Below are positions 9,954 to 20,705 of a stretch of DNA of 64,000 bases, one piece after another. The DNA lies in NCBI GenBank assembly GCA_009103225.1, contig RHPI01003788.1, positions 211,582 to 275,581 of the forward strand, given 5' to 3'. Origin of the DNA: Chlorokybus atmophyticus (taxonomy: Eukaryota; Plantae; Mesostigma and Chlorokybus algae). Each line of letters starts with the position of its first letter. Positions within the stretch are counted from its first letter, which is position 1. The translations under genes and the position numbers were made by a program. The notes below the pieces were generated by a model. That model was not told the DNA's origin. It saw only the letters and a program-made list of their open reading frames with translations, and ran no database searches.

Positions 9954-12387
9954 ATGATGGTGACGGCGGCGCCGGCAGCCTGGCTGCTGCTGCTGCTGCT
10001 ACCAGTGTACTGTTGCTGCTGCTCGGCTCAGGTTAAGACTCTCGAGGAGGGCCGCCTGCAGGCCAGCTGTAGCTGGTGCTGAGCGCTTGCGGGTGGCTTG
10101 CCGGCAAGAAGATAGCCTGCTCTCGCGTGTTCCATGCGTCGCCAACACACACTTGTCTGCTACAACGCGCTTGAGAAGCACGCGCTAACCTGCGTGCAGG
10201 TGCGTCTCTGCGCAGCCAGAGAGGCGTCTGCTATAAGCGCCCAGGAATGTGAGCAGCTGTGTGTGGATTCGCCACTCTGCATGCCGTGCCGTGTGTCACC
10301 GTGTAGCATTGTGGCAGTGGCGGGTCTCCAGTCGTTGCAGGCGGCTGGCGTCAAGACGCGCGGGATTTCCTGGTTGGCCCGACCTGGTGGCGCAGCCAGG
10401 CTACGACCGTCCGCACCCATGCCGCATCTCTATTGCACCCACGTGGTGGCCGTCGGCATCAGCTCCCTGTAAGTGATGAGTGTCTGTGCGCTCTAGGCCC
10501 ACCACACAACATGTCAGCTGCATCGTCGTTAGTAACAGCGTGCCATGATGATACAGAATGGTGTCTTGCAGGAGCTTCATGAACTACTTGGACCCGGACT
10601 CGACGACCTCGTCAACCTGCGATTCTTGTGAGTGTCCTGTCCTGCACCAAACAGTTTCGTACGCGTATGGCTGTTCCACAAGTGTTGCAACGTGGGTGTG
10701 GATGCGCACTGCGACTGGGTGTCACTCAGAGTGGCGTCCAAGCTACGCCTCATGCAAATGATTGTCTTCCTGATCTGCAATAACAACCGTTATTGCTTTG
10801 CAGGACGCTGTCTTACATCTTCTTCAATGGATCGTTGCCCCTGTTAAGCAATCTCAATTTGCTTACCTTGTGAGTGTCGAGCGGGCGACTCTCAGCATCA
10901 TGCCTCTCTGACTACGTTGATCTTGTGTCAATGCATGCATAGCTGGCCTGCGAGTTGTACAGGATTGCTGATCATAATGCTTTTTCTGGAGAGGTGCCAA
11001 CGGAGTGGGGTAGCTCAACCAGCTTATCTTATCTGTAAAACGATGCGTGGCTTGTACACAATGACTTCGTCGTTTCACATGTACACACAGTCTGGGTGAG
11101 TTGCAGCTTACGCAACATGTACTTTCGCAGGTACGTGAGTAACAATCAACTCACGGGACCAGTGCCGAGCACATTAGGCAACCTGGTCCACCTGATACAA
11201 CTGTGAGTTATCAGTATGCAGCATCATGCATGTTTGATACCATCCCATTGCAGAGCAGAGCATTTACCACCGTGCACTTGATTCTCGTTTGGATGCAAAA
11301 CACCATCATGTCACGCATGTTTGCAACGCTCTTCGTGTCTACATCATCATCTGTGCATTTGTACATGCACAGGTCGCTTGCCAACAATCAGTTTACCGGC
11401 CCTTTACCGAGCACGTTAAGCAGCCTGGGCGCCATCGACAACTCCCTCCAGACTGTGTAAGATATGATATACGCATGGCATCTGACACCCGATTACGTGT
11501 TGTGTCTGTCACCCTTCTTTTGTCTTCATGCAGTCGTCACGTTTGACATCATGAATGCATGCTGTGCAGGTATCTAGAGAACAATGTTGGGCTATGCGGG
11601 GACGTCCCTACCTTCTCGCAAAGCAAACCAGCGCTTATCGAATACAGTGGAACCGGCCTTGGCAGCGCCTGCCAATCACCACCTCCCCCCCCACCCTCTC
11701 CCCCCCCCACCGTCCCCGAGTCCTCCCCCTCCTTCTCCACCTCTCCCATCACCTCCTCCTCATGGTTCGTCTCTCTCGTCAAGTCTTTGAGCACGCACAT
11801 GTCAGTGTCACTCGCCAATGCCGTTTTCCCATCGTCTGCGTGTACCCAGTCTGGGAACCCAACCCGTGCGGACCCCACGGGCGCTGCCAGCCAGTGACTA
11901 GCGGACGCGGCTATCGATGCATCTGCGACCATGGCTTCCATGAACAGGTACGCCTGCCGTGCGGTGCGTGCGTGCATGCTACGGCATACTGAGTGGCTGA
12001 TACTTGGTCATCAGCATCAGAATGGCAAGAGAGTGTGCAAGTGCTTTTGCTCGAGCCCTGTGTCCATGGGGTTGTGGAAGACTCCCACGCTTAACCGCAT
12101 AGAGCGGATCCACCGCGTTCCCAACGCTGACACTTGCTGCCACGAGTGCAAGGCCAACCTCGCCTGCAAGTATTGGGCGTACTACACTGGCACCGGCTAT
12201 TATGAGGTGCTGCTAGTACTGATGGGCACAATGCAACAGCACACACATGTACGTATGCGTGTCGCACACGCTGATGTTGCAAGTGTGTAAACTCTTTGGT
12301 GTCGGGCAAGGCGCCAACATGTGTTACAGTGACGCTCAGCTTAGCGACGATGCATGGGTGGCTGGCAAACTGTGCAAACAGCGGTAA
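9954..12387 (+). pseudogene. Secreted LRR - Ser/Pro linker - EGF - PAN/Apple gene (copy C), frameshifted as assembled
   Basis: Signal peptide MMVTAAPAAWLLLLLPVYCCCCSAQ. Phase-2 LRR exons: TLSYIFFNGSLPLLSNLNLLTL, IADHNAFSGEVPTEWGSSTSLSYL (72 nt), YVSNNQLTGPVPSTLGNLVHLIQL (72 nt) and SLANNQFTGPLPSTLSSL. Cap LENNVGLCGD, then SPPP, EGF and PAN, ending TAA at 12385-12387. The first LRR exon is 56 nt (out of phase) and the poly-C run near 11700 shifts the frame. Confidence 0.75.
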
Positions 12388-13089
12388 CTTTAGAACTCTT
12401 AAACTCTTGGCAGCCACTGCATATTCTGTGCGTCCGTGCTTCGCCATTAACAGTAGGGTAGTAGGGTTATATAAGAAAGTGTATACCCATTAGTAAGCGC
12501 GATTGCACTTCGTGCTTTAGTTTACAGCTCGGCCGGCTGGGTTGTTGAGTCATCAAGCGTAAGAAGTGAATCACTAACCTTAAACACTGGTGTGTTGTAT
12601 GCTCGTGTGTGTGCGCAGGCGTGCACATGCACGAGCATGTGTGCGGGTCCGTGCGGGTGCACACGTGTGTGCTTGCATGTGTGCGTATGCTTGTGCATGC
12701 AACAACTCACTACTGGTTCTCTGGTAAAGGCCAATTCCGCTCACACATCATATGGCTGTTCTCAAGCGGTTTCGAGGGTATGCCAACACGCTTGACGAAT
12801 GGCGTATACGACAACTCTCTCGCCCTTCGAGGCAATTTGCCTCAAAGGGCGGGAGAGTTGTCCCTCAACTTGAAGGAGTGGGAGTGGAATCTGAACAGCC
12901 TGTTGTGACACGTGACGTGATGTTGGTCACGTGTTAACAGTACAGCCATCGGTGGTGTGCGCACGCGCATGTGCCTTCAAGCTTGTTGTATTGTAATGCC
13001 CAACATAACATCAACACCAACATGCTGCCGGGCAGTGTGTCGGTGTTGTGTCTACCAACAACTACTACTACTTTTCACAAACTGTGCTG

Positions 13090-13488
13090 GAGTACATGAC
13101 GCCCTCCCACCCTTCTCGCCAGCCCACTCTACCTTCGTCCAAGAGTCCTCCCCCTCCTGCTACTAGCACGCTTCCTCCCCCGCCTTCCCCGCCTCCTCCC
13201 CGTCCATCTCCTCCACCTTCCTCGCCGTCCACCTCGGGGTACAAAGGACAGTGGAATTTGTGTTGAGGGGGGAAGGTCCTCCTCTGTCCCTTGTACGCCG
13301 CCTCATGCGCCGACACCAAACCTGCGTGCTGCTTCAAGTGCCGACGCATGGCACGCTGCCTGTCTTGGTCTCTTTCAACAAAGAGACAGACAGCATGCTG
13401 ACTTGTGTACTACTCTGGTAGAGCAGTTGCCACGATGAGAGTTTGTGGTCGAGCTGACCTGTGCATGTCCCTGTTGCTACTGACTTAG
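13090..13488 (+). pseudogene. Remnant Pro-rich linker plus divergent PAN/Apple-like domain (copy D)
   Basis: One frame reads ...SPPPPRPSPPPSSPSTSGYKGQWNLC*GGKVLLCPLYAASCADTKPACCFKCRRMARCLSWSLSTKRQTAC*LVY. The CCxxCxxxxxCxxW...CxL spacing is PAN-like. TGA at 13264 and 13399. Confidence 0.55.
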
Positions 13489-14083
13489 CCATGGCAACGA
13501 TTAACGTAGTTACAGCTGCAGTTGTGGTCATGTGCCTTGGTAGCTCATTCTATACACTGCGGACACCAGCCCCAACTTGAGCATTGGCTATAACTCGCGT
13601 ACCAGTTTGTGTACAACTCGCTGTGCTATAAGTACAACAACCCCAAGCAGAGCGCACGCGCGCATGTGTATTGGGTGCTGAGCTACTCATGCTAACACAT
13701 GTTCGCATGAGTAGTAGCTCAGCACCCAGTACACATGCGCGCAAGATGCAGTGCGTGCGTGCGTGCGTGCGTGTGTGTAATCATGCTAATAATGTCAGTT
13801 TCCGTCAACCCATGCGTCTCTCGCTCACCTCTCAACAGAGGGCTTCGTAAAGCTGAAGTATGGGCTTGGCAGTTCCTTGTCCACCCAAACATGTATTTCA
13901 AAGACACCCAACGCTACTGTCTCCTCCTTCATTGGTCAGTATGTGCCCACACTACCCCAAATTGTTCAAAGAATGGTACTGATCGGGCAATTAGCTACTC
14001 ATACACAACCTCACATCACGAGAATCTATGTATATATACACAACCGAAATCATTCACCTGTACAGAGCCTTACACCCTATCTC

Positions 14084-17000
14084 TCACCCTCTACCGGTGG
14101 CGAGAGGCCTACTATTGTTGTTGTTGTTGTTGCGGTGATGCGCGGCCGCCAAGTCCACAAGATGGCGCATCGTCGGCCGGCCGTGCGGACAGTTCCAAGG
14201 CGAGTGAAGATCCGCCAGATGACCAAGTATCTGTCATGATACACATGATCACAGAACTGAAACAAACTATAACAGCAGCCGTAACACAGTAAGATGCACA
14301 CACGCGCACGCACGCGCGCACGCGCGTACGCACGCACGCGTATGCGCGTGCACACGCACGTGCCTATACACACACAAGCACAGACATATGCACGTGCCAA
14401 GACACACGCCGCATGACGCACTCACCCTTTCCATTTGAGACTGGCTCAGTGCCGTGCCAATCATCACCGCAGACCTGTTGGATACAACAGAGTCACGATG
14501 TTGCTTACATTCCACACAACCACTCTTGCAATGGACCAACATAACCGATATCACCTGCACGCGCGTGAAGCGAGCATCGCGCGCACGCGCGAAGGCCGCA
14601 CTGTGCCATCGCAGAGGTCACCAGTGTGGCCGTTGCCGTTGTTGTGCGACGATGATGATGTGGATGTTGTTGAAGGCGTGGGCGGGCTGCTTTCGTCGTC
14701 GGCGTGTCGGCGGCAACTTGATGGAGTGGAATCGCGCAGAAGAGACACGAGCTCCTGCACATCTGCATACACAAACACCATGAACACGTGTGCGTGCGCG
14801 CTCACGCGTGTGTTCACGTGCGTGTGCATGGGCGTGCGCGTGTGTATAACACATACACTACATGCTCTGGACTTGCCATGTTCACGTGTACAATGCAGTT
14901 GCAACTGACCAGATACGCCAAAGGTGACGTTCTTGCTGAAGGGCACCGCGGTCAGCCTTAACCGGGAATGAGACTGAACCAATGCGTCCTCAACAATATC
15001 AAAGCCGCTTTTCCTGTGAGGAGTGCATAGATAAGCAGTTGATATGACAACAATCAATGAGTACACATGCACATATACCACTGAGTAGAACAAAAACACA
15101 CAACATAAAAGCCACCTGAACGTGTCCAAATTGGACATGACTGTCAACTCCTCTGCTGCACTTAATCCCAAAGGCAGAGGCCTGAGTAGAGAGCACATAA
15201 GTTCACTATTGTCGTTGTATGTACACTAAATTATTGTGTTTCAGGCAGAGTAACATGCTCAGCACTGCAATGTGTGCGAGTCAAACCTCAAAAGTGGCTG
15301 TTTGTTCAGGGCAGTTGTCTTTGATAACATCTCAAATCTGTACTTCTCGTCTGAAGCATGCTGCAACATAAGCAACAACAACAACCACACGATGTCAACA
15401 ACATTCTCCATGAGAGAAAACACATCAAACGAGTCATGGGACCCTCTTACAAGGGTTGGTGTAATATGGCATGTGGTCTAATGTTGTATGATTGGGAGTA
15501 TATGATCTGACCTGGTCTATGACAAACAGGTCGTTTTGCAGCTTGCCAATGATGAACCCGAGGTTGAACTGACCAACAACCTGTGCACGCAAACAGTGAG
15601 AACATGATGCACATGCACAACGGACCACGCGCATGTGCATGAACACCAATTGCGCATGCCCACAATGTCATGAACGCGAGCCTGTGGGCGCCCACGCTCA
15701 CGCACGCCCGAACACACGTGCAGCATCGTCATGTACCTGCATGCGCGTGAAGTCCGCCTTTCGGAACACCCTTTCCAGCTCCCTTTCAGCCGCCTGCACC
15801 ACACACAAACCAACATAAAACACAACAACCTCAACTACCACCCAACAACACAACGACTCTATGCCACACCTTCAAAGCCTGCTCGTCGGTCTTATTCACC
15901 GCATCGGCCATGACCGAAGCATCAGCAAAGCGCTGCTCGAGACCAACTCCAATGTTGTTATCGTCGCCACTATTGCCACTGACAGCAGCTGCTTTGATGT
16001 TGAGTAGCTTGTCCACACGCACGCGATGTCGTTGGCGCAATTCGTGCATGTCAAACCTGCACATAAAAGATACTCATGAGTGTGTATGTGCGCACGTGTT
16101 TGCGTGTGCATGTGTAAACAATGATATACCGTCATACCGTAGTGTTGAAGGTTGTGGGGATAGTGTGGTGGGTTCTGGAGTGTGCGTGCGTTGGTCATAC
16201 ACAAAGTTGTGGTTGTTGTTGGAGCCAACCACCACGACATCATCGTCATCATCTGCTTCTCCCTGTTGTTGTGCTGGTGGTGCCTTTGTTCGCTCTGCAC
16301 ATGGTCTAGTGCCAGTGTCATTATCTTCATCACCTTCCCCCTGCACAAGTATGATTGATGCACACATATACACACACACACACATGCACATGCACATGGT
16401 TTCCAGTACCGAGACACATGTGTGTACACATATGCGCCGTGTGTGTGCATGTGTTGGCGTGTGTTTCCATGCATTTGCGTGTATGCGTCGCGCACAAGCG
16501 TGCGTGCGCACAAGCGCGCACACATGCACGTGTGCACGCATTTACACACGCACACCTACAGGCACATACACGGCTTGCGAAACGTTGCACCACCATAAGC
16601 TCAAGTAAAAAGCATGAGTAGCGTGCAAACCAATGTCATTACTCACCTGTTCATGTTCATCGTCTAGTGTGGCGTCGCTATCACCCTCGCCTTTGTCGTT
16701 ATCTTCATCATCCCCACCGTTATCAACACCATTGCGCCCGTCATTACAGCAAGCTTGCACGCGCGGGAAACTCTTTATGAACCCACTCAAAGAACTCTGC
16801 TGCGGCTTGACACCAATATCGCTCCTACACTGATACGCTTCACTATTTGTGGCCTTTTCTCTCAAAGGCACCCGCAAGAAAGCCGCCAGCGCGTCGATAT
16901 TCTTCACGGGGCGGGCGATAACGGCTCTATCCTGCCTTGAGGGAGCGACATCAACAGTAGTGGGTGGGTGCATGTGGACATTATTGTTGTCAATATTGGC

Positions 17001-20000
17001 CTCGGCGTCGTCTGGGCTTCGGGCACGCTTTTTGGCGTTATAAGAGTTGAGTTGTTGTTGTGTTGATTGTGTCAAAGTGGGGGTTTGGGAAACGGGAAAG
17101 GTGTAGCGAGAAGGCTCCCACATTTCCTGCAAGTGTACACAAGTCACAGATGAGCGTCACAATTTCCTGATTGTGACAATAGAGTATTGAGCAATCCAGT
17201 GATACATACTTGAAGAGCCTCCTTCAATGCTGTTATGATCGCAGACTCCGCATGCAGTAACACCTGCAAGTGGAGTCAATAATCCGTTATGGATTATATC
17301 AAAGACACTCACACGCATATATCAGTATACATTGCAGTTTGTGTGCTTCAAACCTTCCGCTTATCGGGCGTAACGTTGACATCATAAGCGTCCTGCAGCC
17401 CACCCAACCAACAGTCAGCCTTTATACTCATCCAATCAAAGTCGATCAGCTGAGCACATACACACAACAGTGCAAGCAGATGTTGTGTACCTTTTGCAGG
17501 ATGAAGTTAAGTACGACTGCGGGACACTGCCCCGCGCAGAACGACCGATACACTTCGTTGATGGCCTTCCCAACCTAAAGCAACAGTGATACACATGCTT
17601 ACGTGTGTCTACGTTTACAGATGAAAGGGTGTGCGTGCATGATGCACATGTTCGTACACTGCATGTGAGTCTGCGATTGCGTGCGTGTGTGCGTGCGTGC
17701 GCGCGCATGTATGTACGTGTATGTGCGTCCATACGCACATCTGCATCCGTTTACACAACACACAAAAGCGCCTGCATGTGACAACACTCACACATATATC
17801 GCGTGTTGTGTGCGCGGGTACACATGAATCACCTTCTGGAGGTCGACAGGGCGGGAGTTGACATAATAGAATTGGCGGTCACCACTCGCACGCCCGCAAC
17901 CCGGCCCCGCCCTCGAAACCCACCTAATGAAAATAATACGAGTCATGAGTCGTAACACGACCAGATTAGCACACAACCCACACTACACAACAGTAAAACC
18001 AACATGCGCGTGCGCTTGCGCCCACACACTAACCCTGTTATCTTGCAGCTGGATGATGATGCGGTGAGGTCCAGCTGGCACTCCTGCATGGCCGCGACGG
18101 CCTTCGCGCCAAACACTGACGTGATGTTGTCCCGCACGTTCGCACCGCCCTGCAGATCACTCGATGAAGCTTACGACCCACTACGTGCATATGTGTGTGT
18201 GCATAGTGCGCATGGGCGTGGGCGTGGGCGCGTGTTTATGTTTATATATATGTGCGCATGCCTGTTTCTGTGCGTGTGCTTGCGCGTATGTATGCCCGCA
18301 TGCGCTTACGTGTGTACAACTGTTCATAAGAGTACACAGGACACACACACATACACCCACTCGCCTGTGTGTGGAGGGCGACAGTGCGCTGGCTTTTGCC
18401 TACTTGGTTGCTGCAAACGATGCGAACGTCGCATGCTATCAGCGCATAAGCCTGAAAGAAAGACAAGTCGCGGTTGTTGCAATTGTTGTTGTGTTATCCA
18501 CCAACGAGGATAGCAACAGACCTGCAAAAGGGTGAGAAGGCGGGCATACTCCCTCTTCACGTTGCGCAAGAACTCCTTGTGCCTCACCTGGTTGTGGCTG
18601 TGTGTCACACAGGTACAACATGCTAAACACGCGCGCGCGTGCGCGCGATTGTCAACACCACTCACTGGCAGGGTGGAGAAGAGTTTTGCGAGGGTGACTG
18701 TCGTGCCGACCGCTCTCGCCGCACTCTCCTGATTTGTTGACAAGAGCAATTGATGGCGAATGCAGTGACAAGTTAGTGTTGGAGTGTGTTGGGTTTGATG
18801 GTGCACTTGCCTGCTTCGTGAGGCGGCCTTCACGGTCGTAATGCAGCCGGCAGGCCACTTCCTGCCATACAACACTGAGTGTGGATTATGCAACCTCATG
18901 TCAAATTGGAGTGGAGTGCGTGTGTGTGCGTGTGCGTGTGTGTCTACCTGGTCAGCTGTGCGTGTGCAGACGTTGACAAGGGCGAGGGCGCACAGGGAGC
19001 TCAGGGCCTCACCGCGGAAACCCAAAGAAGACAGACTCTGCGCGCGCACATCACGTTTGTTACTCATCCTCCGCATGTCTCTTGTTTTGGCGTGCGCTAA
19101 TGTACGTGCATGCAACAACAAGCGACACATAGTTGCACAGGCGAGCGCGCGCCCGCACCCATACACACACAAACGATATTGCACACGCACCAGCAGATCG
19201 GAGAAGTTGGTTATTTTGGACGTGTGGTACTTGAGCGCCAGCGCCTGAGATACATACGAATGGGATGCAAGGTGACCCACATATGAGAATAGTGCCTTGC
19301 ATGCAGCTGTGCGTGCGCATGTGCACAGCTCATGCGATCATGTCCACACAGCCACAACTACAATGCACGCATGTGCACGCACTACACACGCGCGCGCGCC
19401 CTCGCACATGCGCACACATGCACTCGGTGTACATTTTCCACATGCAAACGCGCACGTATACCCCCACACGCACACGCACACCCTCACACCCACTCACCTC
19501 GTAGTCCGCTGGCGCCACCCCTCCTCCGTTGTCCCCAACCTCGATGCTCTCCGCACCATACTCCCTAACAACAACAACAACAACCACGATGAACCACCCA
19601 CTCCATCATCCACTCACTCACAACCACTCGATGGCAATTGAACTGAACCAACCAGTCACCTGAGTTTGATCTCGACGATGGTTGCGCGTGCGTCGAGGGC
19701 GTTCTCGAGCAACTCCTTCACAGCAGAAGCGAGGTCAGGGATCACCTGTTGGAGAGAGTGGAGCGAGTGAGACTGTGTGCGTGCGTGCGCGCGAGCGTGC
19801 TTGCGTGCGTGCGTGCGTGCGTGCACGCATGCCTGCGCGCGTGTGAGTGTGCAGGTGCGCGTGTTTGCGCGTGCAAGCATGTGCGCGTGTGAGTGCGCGT
19901 GGGCGCGTGTGAGTGCGATGCCCATGTGAGCAGAGTTAAGTTGGAATGAAGTATGCACACGAAAAGAATGAAGAGTTCTGTAACGTAAGTGTTGCTCAAG

Positions 20001-20493
20001 AGTTGACCGCAAACGCGCATACCAATAGTAAGAATACACAACAAGCAACACAGACAATTGCATGCACAACGCTTGTTCGCGGGTGTGGGTGTAGGTGCTT
20101 CTTCTGAGAACTCAGTGGTAACCGTGTGGGTGTGGGTGTGGGTGCGGATGATACCCTTGTGTCAGTGCGTATTGGCTTTTTTTTTTCTTTCGTTAATTGA
20201 TATGCATGCATGCACACATGCACAACTCTGTACATAACGAACCAAACATGGCATGGTTAAACACCACAACCAGCATTACATATACCCTCTCACTAACACC
20301 AAAATCAACATCTTTCTTGTTTGGTTCCACTCAATGCTTCCCATACCTGTCCAGAGCAGATGCGGTGTATGGACGCCTTATCTATAGGCCGTATCCCATG
20401 GCCGCCTTCGCCACCATCCTCTCCTCCCCCTCCCCCTCCCCCTCCTCCTCCTCCTCCATCCGGCCATGTGTCCCCCTCCGCCGCCGCCGCCAT
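14084..20493 (-). CDS. PMS1: MutL-family mismatch repair endonuclease (plant PMS1 / human PMS2 orthologue), about 19 exons
   Basis: IRPIDKASIHRICSGQV, AVKELLENALDA, DNGGGV, KYHTSK, LGFRGEALSSLC, DRQFYYVNSRPVDL, DVNVTPDKRK, VVGQFNLGFII, intact DQHASDEKYRFE, ASRACRSAVMIG and WNCPHGRPTMRHL. Start MAAAAEG at 20493; stop TGA at 14084-14086. Confidence 0.95.
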
Positions 20494-20705
20494 CAACCGC
20501 GCAACAAACACTTAATCGTGACACTATTTGCGCGGGAAAGCAAATTACAAAATAATGTTTTCGCTTTAGGGCTTGTCTATTCTTGTTCCCAAGGTCGTGT
20601 TTCATTGCTACACAGCGGGCAAAGCATCAGCTGTGATCCTGTATAAGAATATTCTTGTTACACAGCGGCGGCGGTGTGCTTGTCGTCGTCATCGTCGTCG
20701 TCATC

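Noticed and set aside
12720-12908. LRR-like ORF (LRGNLPQRAGELSLNLKEW)
   Set aside because: The match is weak, there are no phase-2 splice sites as in the real LRR exons, and the segment coincides with a DNA palindrome.
13264-13742. Selenoprotein hypothesis (two in-frame TGA plus a downstream hairpin as SECIS)
   Set aside because: The TGAs fall next to, not at, conserved Cys positions and fit CGA-to-TGA decay. The hairpin lacks the 5' AUGA / 3' GA quartet geometry.
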